DNA from: Candidatus Woesearchaeota archaeon
GTDB taxonomy: Archaea > Nanobdellota > Nanobdellia > SCGC-AAA011-G17 > JAGVZF01
NCBI GenBank assembly: GCA_016185565.1
Contig: JACPNH010000031.1
Location: 1 to 41,200 of the forward strand
Direction of reading: 5' to 3'
Length of the DNA: 41,200 nucleotides
The notes below the pieces were generated by a model. It was not told the DNA's origin. It made no database searches and was given only the letters and a program-made list of their open reading frames with translations. Both the position numbers and the translations under genes were made by a program. Shown here in pieces: positions 1-8,965 of this stretch (within the stretch, counting starts at the first letter, position 1; each line of letters starts with the position of its first letter).

Positions 1-601
1 AAAGAGCGCCTGCATGAGTTCCAGTTGCGTCAATAAACGGGGCTTTTTCCTCTGTAGAGTTGTCTATTAACAGTTTTGGAATTGGTGTTCTTTCATTCTG
101 CCTCATTCTTCTTCCAAGATTGAGGAATATTGCGAATGCTGCCAGAAAAATCATCGAGCTAATTAGTGCGGCGGCTGCAAGAATGTCACCGTATTCTTTT
201 CTAATCCACCAGGGGGTCATTATCGAGATAATCACAAGTACAAAGAAAATGATGTTTTGTGCCCTTAAATAACCAAGGCTTTGTATTTTTGATTTTGTAA
301 CAATTTCCTTGCCTTTTCCTTTTGGTACAACCCTAATCAGTGGGACGTTTTCATCCTGTACATTTGGAAAAGATAGAATGTCTACTAATTTTTCTTTAGG
401 AATAAGTTCTGCTAGCGCTTGTCCAATTAAACTCTTTCCAGTACCCGGCTCACCTATTAATAGTACGTGACGTCTTTGCTTTGCTACTTTTTTAATTATT
501 TTAACTGCTTCGTCCTGCCCTACAATCTGATCTACAACATTTTTGGGAACGTTTAGTTCTTTAGTATTTTTAAACTTAAATGGCTTATATGTCATATTCA
601 T
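1..601 (-). CDS. lonB: Archaeal Lon protease (LonB), N-terminal part; runs off window start
   Basis: Manual minus-strand translation from ATG at 601: MNMTYKPFKFKNTKELNVPKNVVDQIVGQDEAV...RRHVLLIGEPGTGKS (Walker A), two TM helices inserted in the AAA+ domain, then APFIDATGTHAGAL. Absent from the ORF track because it is truncated. Confidence 0.93.
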   Translation of the reverse strand, partial: MNMTYKPFKFKNTKELNVPKNVVDQIVGQDEAVKIIKKVAKQRRHVLLIGEPGTGKSLIGQALAELIPKEKLVDILSFPNVQDENVPLIRVVPKGKGKEIVTKSKIQSLGYLRAQNIIFFVLVIISIMTPWWIRKEYGDILAAAALISSMIFLAAFAIFLNLGRRMRQNERTPIPKLLIDNSTEEKAPFIDATGTHAGAL

Positions 602-683
602 TAAAAGAAAAATTAGGTTTAAATATGTTTTGTTAGGTATTAATAGTTTTTATAACTAATTAAAGGTTTGTAAAATAAAAAAT

Positions 684-947
684 TTATATTATTTCTTCTT
701 CTGCAATAACTACAAAATCTCCTGTTGCTGTAACTGCACTATAGGGTACTAATAAATTACCTTGGTTATCTTTTTCTAATTCTAAGCCTTCTGCAAAACC
801 AGTATGGTTTCTAAGGACTAATTGGATTAATTCTCCTGTTCTGGTTTCAAAAACTAAATTTCCTACTTCTCCAAATAATCTTCCTGTTTTACTAACTACT
901 TTCCTCCCTAATAATTGTCTAGAAAATTTTCTTTCAGATTCTGCCAT
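684..947 (-). CDS. Stand-alone PRC-barrel protein (CdpB-like)
   Basis: LLGRKVVSKTGRLFGEVGNLVFETRTGEL...LLVPYSAVTATGDFVVI is a typical PRC-barrel pattern; 87 aa. Confidence 0.85.
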   Translation of the reverse strand: MAESERKFSRQLLGRKVVSKTGRLFGEVGNLVFETRTGELIQLVLRNHTGFAEGLELEKDNQGNLLVPYSAVTATGDFVVIAEEEII

Positions 948-1056
948 TTTTTTTACCTCATCTTATTTTTTATTGGTTATACCATATTTTTAACATATTT
1001 ATAAATCTTTCTAGATTTTTTTAATAGTTTATTAAATATATATCAAAAATACTCTA

Positions 1057-1452
1057 ACCCTCTCACCTATATTTCTTATGGAAAAGTTCATAATAAAAAT
1101 TTTTATGAAATAGACTGTTTTTATTTCTTTTGGAAGTAAATAAGCAAAATTTTGCTTATTTTATAGATATTTAATTTATGTAAGTTTTTATAAATAAGTT
1201 TGTTAGATAGAGAGATCGATGTTTATTTATTGTTTTTAAGGCTTATATGTGTAATATATTTCATTTATATGTTTTTTATATTATTGCTTTGTTTTTTAAG
1301 TTTTATTATTATGTAATATATATTATTAATAATATATATTATTAACAAAGGTTAAACATTTTTTCTAAAAGAAATGATGGTGTTTCTTTCATGTGGTAAC
1401 ATAAGTTTTTATATAAAAATAATTTTAAAAACTATTCCATCGGAAATAATGG
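1057..1452. other. Probable replication origin (oriC): ORB-like boxes flanking an AT-rich DUE
   Basis: Non-coding gap of about 580 bp upstream of cdc6. Minus-strand boxes TTCCATAAGAAATATAGG (1066-1083, followed by G-rich TGAGAGGG) and TTCCAAAAGAAATAAA (~1120-1135); plus-strand boxes TTCTAAAAGAAATGATGG (1363-1380) and TTCCATCGGAAATAATGG (1435-1452); near-pure AT tract at ~1300-1345 between them. Confidence 0.8.
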
Positions 1453-1530
1453 TCTCAGAGTCTATATTTAATCATAATAATACTTATATAAAACAATTTG
1501 AATTTAGCTAAAAGGGGTGGGTTTAAGAAT

Positions 1531-2736
1531 ATGTATAAAAATTTAGGTAGTTTTTTTGAAAATTTTTTAGATAAAGAGCCATTGTTTATCGATAAACAAG
1601 TTCTACAGTCAAGTTATGCACCAGAAACAATACCACATAGAGAAGAACAAATAGAACAAGTTGCTAGTATTTTAGCACCTTGCTTGAGATTAGAGAAACC
1701 AAGTAATTTATTCATCTATGGAAAAACAGGGACTGGGAAAACATTAAGTGTAAAATATGTGATGAACCAACTTATTGAAACATCAAATAAAAAAAATATT
1801 CCTTTATTAATTAGTTATATCAACTGTAAATTAAAAAGAGTTTCTGATACGGAATATAGGTTAATAGCACAACTTGCACGAGAGGTTGGATGTGAGGTTC
1901 CAGCTACAGGGCTTCCGACAGATGAGGTATATAGGATATTTGTGAATAATATAGATAGAGATAAGAAAATATTAATATTGATTTTAGATGAAATAGACCA
2001 ACTCGTAAAAAAAGCCGATGACGAAATTTTGTATAATTTAACAAGGTTAAATGGAGATTTAAAAAATGTGCAAATATCTATTATTGGCATATCCAACGAC
2101 CTTGTTTTTAGAGATAGTTTAGATCCCAGAATAAAGAGTTCTTTATCTGAAGAAGAAATACACTTTCCACCATATAATGCAATTCAGTTACAAGACATTT
2201 TAAGAGAGAGATCAAAGAAGGCATTTAGGAAAGAAGTAATTGAAGAGGGCGTAATTGAAAAATGTGCTGCGTATGCAGCAAAAGAGCATGGCGATGCAAG
2301 AAGAGCCTTGGAGCTTTTAAGAGTTTCAGGCGAACTAGCCGAAAGAAAAAATGAATCTAAGATAATAATGAAACATATTGATGAAGCAGAAGAAAAAATA
2401 GATAGAGATAGAATAACTGAAGCAATACATATGCAACCAAAACAATTTCAAGTAACTATGCTTTCTATATTAATTATGTCTACTAAAAATAAATCTCCTA
2501 TCTTTACAGGTGAAATGTATGAATTATACAAAGATTACTGTAATAAAAGTGGGTTAAAACCTTTAACACAAAGAAGAGTGTCTGATATAGTTGGAGAATT
2601 AGACATGTTGGGTATAATAAATGCAAAAGTAATTAGTAAAGGAAGATATGGAAGAACAAAAGAAATTAAATTAGCAATTCCTTTATCTACAACACAAGAA
2701 CTGACTCAAGCATTAAAAGATGGCCTTAATTTATGA
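1531..2736 (+). CDS. cdc6: Orc1/Cdc6 replication initiator
   Basis: PETIPHREEQI, Walker A GKTGTGKT, Walker B ILDEID, GDARRAL, C-terminal winged helix (SKGRYGRT). ATG at 1531 after AAGGGGTG preferred over TTG at 1498. Confidence 0.96.
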   Translation: MYKNLGSFFENFLDKEPLFIDKQVLQSSYAPETIPHREEQIEQVASILAPCLRLEKPSNLFIYGKTGTGKTLSVKYVMNQLIETSNKKNIPLLISYINCKLKRVSDTEYRLIAQLAREVGCEVPATGLPTDEVYRIFVNNIDRDKKILILILDEIDQLVKKADDEILYNLTRLNGDLKNVQISIIGISNDLVFRDSLDPRIKSSLSEEEIHFPPYNAIQLQDILRERSKKAFRKEVIEEGVIEKCAAYAAKEHGDARRALELLRVSGELAERKNESKIIMKHIDEAEEKIDRDRITEAIHMQPKQFQVTMLSILIMSTKNKSPIFTGEMYELYKDYCNKSGLKPLTQRRVSDIVGELDMLGIINAKVISKGRYGRTKEIKLAIPLSTTQELTQALKDGLNL

Positions 2737-4406
2737 CGTATGAAAATAATCAAGAAATAGTAAAATATTTTTTAAAACAAGGTTATTTAATTAGTCCAGA
2801 TTTTTTTGAGAAGAAACATCCCGACTTAAATAAGGAACAATTGATTGGATTAATACCAAAGAAAATAAAAAGTACAGAGAAACCAACAGTTCTGAATAAT
2901 GACTTGATATCGGTTTTGAAAGAAGATAGTGTTATTATAGACATAAACTGGGGTGAGTTTGAAAAATCTCGGGTATTGTTTGAGAAAGACAAGAATCAAA
3001 TATTGTATAAAACATTTTTAGATATTTTAAAGCTTAATACAGAAAAAAACAAAAAAGAAATTGTAAAATTGTTATTAAAAGATATAGGAAAACCTACTAC
3101 TGAGGCAGACACAATAGGTATTGAGGAAGAGAAAACAGCAGACGAATCTAATGTTATAATCATAAAATCCTATAACAATCCTTCTAAAAAAAGAGATCCC
3201 CAAGATTTTGTTTCATATTACAATAACAGATATGAATCAATAAAAAAGATTTTATTAAATAGGATCGAATTGCAAAATACGGTGTCTATAAATAGGTTAT
3301 TCAATAAGAATAATAGAGAAGAGGTTTCTATAATCGGGATTGTAAGTGATAAAATGGTTTCTAAAAATGATAATATTCTTCTTGTAGTTGAAGATTTAAC
3401 TGGATATATAAGTGTGTTAGTTAATAAAAATAAAAAAGATATTTATGACAAAGCAACAAATATTACTTTAGATGAGGTCATTGGTATCACTGGATTAATA
3501 AATAATAGAATGATTTTTGCAAATAATTTATTTTTTCCAGACGTTATTTTTGGAAGTAAACAAAAAAAATACGATAAAGAGGTTTATATAGCTTTTATCT
3601 CTGACATTCATGTAGGCAGCAAATTATTTTTAAAAGAACAATTTTTGAGATTTATCAATTGGTTAAATGGCGAATATGGAAGTATACAACAGAGAAGAAT
3701 ATCTAAAATAGTAAAATATTTGTTTATAGTAGGAGACCTAGTTGATGGTGTTGGCATTTACCCTGGGCAAGAAAATGAATTAGAAATAACTGACGTCATA
3801 GAGCAATATAAAGAATGCACTAAACTGTTAAATATGATAAGGAAGGACATAAAAATAATAGCCTGTGGTGGCCAGCATGATGCATTGAGACTCTCTGAAC
3901 CTCAACCACCATTTGATAAAATATATGCCAAAGATCTCTACAATCTACCAAATTTAATTGCAGTATCAAATCCAGCATTAATTAATGTAAATTCTACAAA
4001 AGACTTTGAAGGTTTTAATATATTGATGTATCATGGAGCAAGCTTTCATTATTATATAGCAAATATAGACTCTTTAAGGTTTAGTGATTCATATAATAAT
4101 CCTCACTATGTAGTTCATTACTTGATTCAAAAAAGACATCTTGCTCCGACGCATTCTTCTACAGTTTATGTCCCAGATATAAATGAAGATCCTTTAGTTA
4201 TTGATAAAGTGCCAGATATTATGGTATGCGGGGACATGCATAGATCTGATATCTCACAATATAACAATATAATAACTATTAATTGCTCATGCTGGCAAGC
4301 TAAAACAGATTTTCAAGAAAAAATCGGGAATAATCCAGATCCAGCAAAAGTGCTATTATTTAATCTAAAAACAAGAGAGATAAAAATATTAAATTTCAAT
4401 GATTAA
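2733..4406 (+). CDS. polB: DNA polymerase II (PolD) small subunit DP1
   Basis: OB fold (VVEDLTG) plus calcineurin-like phosphoesterase motifs SDIHVGS, GDLVDGVGIYPGQ, YHG, RHLAPTH; sits between cdc6 and DP2. Confidence 0.93.
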   Translation: MTYENNQEIVKYFLKQGYLISPDFFEKKHPDLNKEQLIGLIPKKIKSTEKPTVLNNDLISVLKEDSVIIDINWGEFEKSRVLFEKDKNQILYKTFLDILKLNTEKNKKEIVKLLLKDIGKPTTEADTIGIEEEKTADESNVIIIKSYNNPSKKRDPQDFVSYYNNRYESIKKILLNRIELQNTVSINRLFNKNNREEVSIIGIVSDKMVSKNDNILLVVEDLTGYISVLVNKNKKDIYDKATNITLDEVIGITGLINNRMIFANNLFFPDVIFGSKQKKYDKEVYIAFISDIHVGSKLFLKEQFLRFINWLNGEYGSIQQRRISKIVKYLFIVGDLVDGVGIYPGQENELEITDVIEQYKECTKLLNMIRKDIKIIACGGQHDALRLSEPQPPFDKIYAKDLYNLPNLIAVSNPALINVNSTKDFEGFNILMYHGASFHYYIANIDSLRFSDSYNNPHYVVHYLIQKRHLAPTHSSTVYVPDINEDPLVIDKVPDIMVCGDMHRSDISQYNNIITINCSCWQAKTDFQEKIGNNPDPAKVLLFNLKTREIKILNFND

Positions 4407-7400
4407 AATGGAAATAAAAGACTACTTTTCAGGAATAGATAATTATGTGAGTAAAGCATACAATACTGCAAAGAAGGCAAAGTCGAAGGGGTATGACCCT
4501 AGTGATGAGATAGAGATTATAGCTGTAAATAACATGGGTGAGAAGGTTGAAGGATTAGTTTCTGTGATACACCAACATATTAAGGGCAAAGGGATTCCAA
4601 GCAGAATAATCGAACTTGAAGAAACTTACGGAAAACTAGACTGGAGGGTTGCACTTACAATAGCTCTTGAAACAGCGCAGGAAAAATTCTGTAAATTCAA
4701 AGATGAGATTGAGGCCATGGAAGCAGGTATAAGGGTTGGTTTTGCTTATATTACGCTTGGGAGTGTTTCGAGCCCTTTAGAGGGTTTTGTGAAATTGGTA
4801 ATAAAAAAGAGAAAAGACGGAAAAGAATATTTCTGCTTATATTATTCTGGGCCTGTTAGAAGTGCGGGAGGAACAGGAGCTAGTGTTTCTGTGATTATAG
4901 CTGATTATTTAAGAAAGAAGCTTGGATATTACAAGTATGATGCAACTGAAAAAGAAATAAAAAGAACCTACACCGAACTGACTGATTATCATGAGAAGGT
5001 TACTAACCTGCAGTATTTTCCTTCAGAGCAGGAGGTAGAGTTTCTAGTAAGCAATTTGCCTGTGCAGATTGATGGAGATCCGAGTGAGAAATACGAAGTA
5101 AGCAACTACAAAGACTTGGATAGGATCGAAACTAACAGATTAAGGAATGGTTTTTGTCTTGTGATAGCAGAGTGTTTAGCACAAAAAGCGCCAAAAATAC
5201 TCTGGCAATTGCAGAAGTGGGGAAAGGATTTTGATATGGCTGATTGGGAGTTTATGAATGATTTTGTAAGTCTACAAAAAAGGCTTAAATCAAAACAGAA
5301 GATAGAAGATACTAAGGAAAAAATAAAGGCTGACTATACTTACCTAAAGGATATAGTTGCAGGAAGGCCTGTTCTTACATATCCTTATCTGAAAGGAGGA
5401 TTCAGGCTGAGATATGGGAGATGCAGGAATTCTGGGCTTTCTAGCATGGCAATACATCCCGCTACAATGATAGTATTGAAAAATTTCATTGCCATAGGAA
5501 CGCAGTTGAAAGTTGAAAGGCCAGGAAAAGGAACTGCTTTAGGAAGCTGCGACACAATAGAAGGGCCAATAGTGAAGCTGAATAATGGTGATGTGGTGTT
5601 TCTGGAAGACTGCACGATTGCAGAGGGTATTGCAAATGATGTAAAGGAAATACTTTTTTTAGGAGACATTCTCGTGAATTACGGAGATTTTTTGAATAGG
5701 AATCATATTTTAATACCAGCAGGGTATTGTGAGGAATGGTGGGCTGCCGAGCTTGAAAAGAGCATCAAGAATGAAAAAATAAATAAAAGCAATGCAGATA
5801 TAGATTTGATAAAAGATATAATAAACAATCCAATGAAAACAAAAGTTCATTTTGATGAATCTTATAAAATCTCAAAAATATACAACATACCTTTACATCC
5901 AAGATACACTTTGCATTGGAACGACCTTACAACAAATGAATATAAAAAAATACTGGAAAAAGTAAAAAATTTTAAGATAGATAGAAATACTTTCAAGATA
6001 ATGATTCCATCAAATTTGGATATAAAAAAAATTCTTGAAAAATTAGGACTTCCGCACAGACAATTAACAGATAATGTACTTGTTGAAGGAGATTGGTCAA
6101 AATCATTTCTAGTAGGTTTAGGAATACTAAACAATAAAACTGAAATTAATAATAACTATGATGATTTTTCTGGAAAAGAAGAGACTATAGATGCAGTAAA
6201 CACATTAAGCGAGATAAAAATTATTGATAAGAGTGGGACTTGCATCGGTGCGAGGATGGGCAGGCCTGAGAAAGCAAAGTTAAGAAAGCTTACAGGAAGC
6301 CCACATGTTTTGTTCCCTGTAGGAGAGGAAGGAGGAAGATTAAGGGCCTTCCAATCTGCCATTGAATCAAATTTAGTGTATGCAGAGTTTCCAATTTATT
6401 TCTGCAAGGAATGCAGTGACTACAGCATATACAGAAACTGCCACAGGTGCGGAAAAAAAACAATGAAGATGTATTTCTGCGAAAAATGTAATAAGCAAAT
6501 AAACAAGGAGATATGCACTCTTCATGGAAAGACAAATTCTTATAACAAAAGGCCAATAAACATTGTTGAGTATATGGAATTAGCAAAGAAAAGATTGGAT
6601 TTGAGCGAGGTTCCAGAGCTTATAAAAGGAATAAGAGGAACTTCTAATGAAGGGCATGTTACAGAGTATTTGAGCAAGGGAATTTTAAGAGCAACATATA
6701 ATTTAGCTGTTAATAAGGACGGCACGATAAGATATGATATGACAGAAACATCATTAACACATTTTAAGCCAAAGGAAATCGGAACTAGTGTAGAAAAATT
6801 AAAGGAACTTGGATATGGAGAAGATATTTATGGAATGCCGTTGGAAAATAAAGAGCAAATACTTGAACTGAATGTACAGGATGTTATTTTGCCAGCATGT
6901 GTCGAATCTCTGGAGGAGGGCGCAGATACAGTATTGTTTAGGATTTCTAAATTTATAGATGATTTGCTTTCAAGATTGTATAAATGCGAGGGATTTTACA
7001 ACCTGAATGACAAAAAAGAGTTGGTTGGACACCTTATTATTGGATTAGCGCCACATACGTCTGCAGGCATAATAGGAAGGATAATAGGGTTTACAAAGAC
7101 TCAAGGATGCTATGCACATCCAATGTGGCATTGTGCTATTAGGCGGGATTGCGATGGAGATGAATGTGGAGTAATGCTTTTGATGGATGGGTTGTTGAAT
7201 TTTTCCAGAAAATTTTTGCCAGCACATAGAGGTTCTACCCAAGATGCCCCATTAGTTTTGACAACAAAATTAATACCATCTGAAGTAGATGATATGGTGT
7301 TTGACATGGATATTTGTTGGAGGTATCCATTAGAGTTTTATGAAGCATGTTTAGATTACAAAATGCCAAATGAAATGAAACTAGATATAGTAAAGAGAAA

Positions 7401-7899
7401 ACTCGGAAGTGAAAATCAATACCAAGATTTCGGATTTACTCATGATACATCGGATATAAATCTCGGCGTTAGATGCAGCGCATACAAATCTCTACCAAGT
7501 ATGTTGGAGAAAGTCAGGGGTCAGATGGAATTGGCCGAGATGATAAGGGCAGTAGACACAGATGATGTGGCTAGGCTAGTTATAGAAAGACATTTTATTA
7601 GAGATATTAGAGGTAATCTGAGAAAGTTCTCAATGCAACAGTTTAGATGCTCAAAATGCAATCAAAAATACAGAAGACCACCTTTAATTGGAAAATGCTT
7701 AAAATGCGATGGCAGAATAATTTTTACAATATCAGAAGGATCTATTGTTAAATACCTCAAACCTAGTTTAGAATTAGCAAACAAATATAAGTTATCCCCT
7801 TACTTAAAACAAAGTTTAGAACTTACTAAAAGCAGGATAGAGAGTTTGTTTGGAAAGGAAAAGGAGGTTCAAGCTGGGCTTAATTCGTGGTTTAGTTAA
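4399..7899 (+). CDS. polC: DNA polymerase II (PolD) large subunit DP2
   Basis: GPVRSAGGT, GGFRLRYGR, RMGRPEK, catalytic RRDCDGDE, two Zn-finger clusters, GNLRKFSMQQFRC; no intein. Start may be 4408. Confidence 0.97.
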   Translation: MIKMEIKDYFSGIDNYVSKAYNTAKKAKSKGYDPSDEIEIIAVNNMGEKVEGLVSVIHQHIKGKGIPSRIIELEETYGKLDWRVALTIALETAQEKFCKFKDEIEAMEAGIRVGFAYITLGSVSSPLEGFVKLVIKKRKDGKEYFCLYYSGPVRSAGGTGASVSVIIADYLRKKLGYYKYDATEKEIKRTYTELTDYHEKVTNLQYFPSEQEVEFLVSNLPVQIDGDPSEKYEVSNYKDLDRIETNRLRNGFCLVIAECLAQKAPKILWQLQKWGKDFDMADWEFMNDFVSLQKRLKSKQKIEDTKEKIKADYTYLKDIVAGRPVLTYPYLKGGFRLRYGRCRNSGLSSMAIHPATMIVLKNFIAIGTQLKVERPGKGTALGSCDTIEGPIVKLNNGDVVFLEDCTIAEGIANDVKEILFLGDILVNYGDFLNRNHILIPAGYCEEWWAAELEKSIKNEKINKSNADIDLIKDIINNPMKTKVHFDESYKISKIYNIPLHPRYTLHWNDLTTNEYKKILEKVKNFKIDRNTFKIMIPSNLDIKKILEKLGLPHRQLTDNVLVEGDWSKSFLVGLGILNNKTEINNNYDDFSGKEETIDAVNTLSEIKIIDKSGTCIGARMGRPEKAKLRKLTGSPHVLFPVGEEGGRLRAFQSAIESNLVYAEFPIYFCKECSDYSIYRNCHRCGKKTMKMYFCEKCNKQINKEICTLHGKTNSYNKRPINIVEYMELAKKRLDLSEVPELIKGIRGTSNEGHVTEYLSKGILRATYNLAVNKDGTIRYDMTETSLTHFKPKEIGTSVEKLKELGYGEDIYGMPLENKEQILELNVQDVILPACVESLEEGADTVLFRISKFIDDLLSRLYKCEGFYNLNDKKELVGHLIIGLAPHTSAGIIGRIIGFTKTQGCYAHPMWHCAIRRDCDGDECGVMLLMDGLLNFSRKFLPAHRGSTQDAPLVLTTKLIPSEVDDMVFDMDICWRYPLEFYEACLDYKMPNEMKLDIVKRKLGSENQYQDFGFTHDTSDINLGVRCSAYKSLPSMLEKVRGQMELAEMIRAVDTDDVARLVIERHFIRDIRGNLRKFSMQQFRCSKCNQKYRRPPLIGKCLKCDGRIIFTISEGSIVKYLKPSLELANKYKLSPYLKQSLELTKSRIESLFGKEKEVQAGLNSWFS

Positions 7900-7949
7900 G
7901 TGTATAAAATTGAAAAAATTTATATTCCCCCATTATTTTAAGATATTTC

Positions 7950-8252
7950 ATGGTTAATGACAAACTTATAAAAGAACAATTAAGACAAACCCAGATAATG
8001 ACTATACTTTCAGAAAAAAGAACTGTTTTGTCAGAGTTAAGAACATGGATTACAATGATTTTGTTGCCATTGAGTATCATGACAGCTTCATTGGCAATTT
8101 TAAAATATAATGAAAATGTAAAGCCAAAATTGTTTACATCTATGCTTGTGTTTTCTGGTTTGTTTGTGTTTATTGTTTTTTATTTTATAATTAAAAATTT
8201 AAAAGAGCTATTTAAATTAAATAAAAGAGTCCATAAAATAGATCTTCCATGA
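7950..8252 (+). CDS. Small 2-TM membrane protein, DUF202/YidH-like
   Basis: LSEKRTVLSELRT resembles the LAxERTxLAxxRT pattern, followed by two hydrophobic helices. Confidence 0.55.
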   Translation: MVNDKLIKEQLRQTQIMTILSEKRTVLSELRTWITMILLPLSIMTASLAILKYNENVKPKLFTSMLVFSGLFVFIVFYFIIKNLKELFKLNKRVHKIDLP

Positions 8253-8380
8253 AGCCAAGTAGTTTAAAGATGTTTGGATAGTCACTTACAAAATTTTATA
8301 AATATTATTATTGGTTTAGTTTTATATAAATAAATTTTAATTCAGACATAAAAACGGACTTAATTAATATAAACAAAAAA

Positions 8381-8965
8381 TTGATTCATTTAATAGAAGA
8401 TTTTACTGTATTCGTAGGTGGGGACCACTCAATAACCTATGCATGTTTTAAAGCAATTTCAATGAAACACAAGAATTGCGGATTAGTGATTTTTGATGCA
8501 CATCCAGATTGTTATAAAAATTTTAATTATCCAGTACATGAAGATTGGTTAAAATTTTTAATCGAAGAGAAAGTTATAAGAAACGATCAAATTATACTAA
8601 TTGGCATAAGGAATCCAGACATAAAAGAAATAGAATTTTTGAAAGATAACAAAATCAAGTTTTTCACAATGAAAAATGTTGATAGCAACAAGGAAGATTT
8701 TTGTGACCTAATAATGGAGTCGTGCAGGAATTTTGAATCTTTATATATCAGTATTGATATCGACGTGGTAGACCCTGCTTTTGCACCAGGAACAGGTTAC
8801 TTAGAGCCAGGAGGATTTTCTTCAAGGGAACTAATTCATTATGTTCAAAGATTAAAACTTTTAAAGAATTTAAGAGCTATTGATTTAGTGGAGGTAAATC
8901 CCAAAAAAGACATTAATAATATGACTTCAAAATTAGCAGCAAGATTAATAGCAGAATTTATGTAG
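8381..8965 (+). CDS. Arginase/agmatinase (ureohydrolase) family protein; 5' end uncertain
   Basis: GGDHS, DAHPD, SIDIDVVDP, PGTG, EPGG and DLVEVNP motifs. No in-frame ATG upstream; frame open back to 8330. Confidence 0.85.
   Translation: MIHLIEDFTVFVGGDHSITYACFKAISMKHKNCGLVIFDAHPDCYKNFNYPVHEDWLKFLIEEKVIRNDQIILIGIRNPDIKEIEFLKDNKIKFFTMKNVDSNKEDFCDLIMESCRNFESLYISIDIDVVDPAFAPGTGYLEPGGFSSRELIHYVQRLKLLKNLRAIDLVEVNPKKDINNMTSKLAARLIAEFM

Noticed and set aside
60..272. 70-aa plus-strand ORF
   Set aside because: Antisense shadow of lonB.
1190..1350. Low-complexity repeats as CRISPR leader or array
   Set aside because: No regularly spaced repeat-spacer units and no cas genes; better explained as an origin DUE.
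1815..7307. Several short minus-strand ORFs within cdc6, DP1 and DP2
   Set aside because: Antisense to well-supported genes, with no recognisable motifs.
4399..7899. Possible intein in DP2, a frequent intein host
   Set aside because: Catalytic region is continuous, length is normal and no intein blocks are present.
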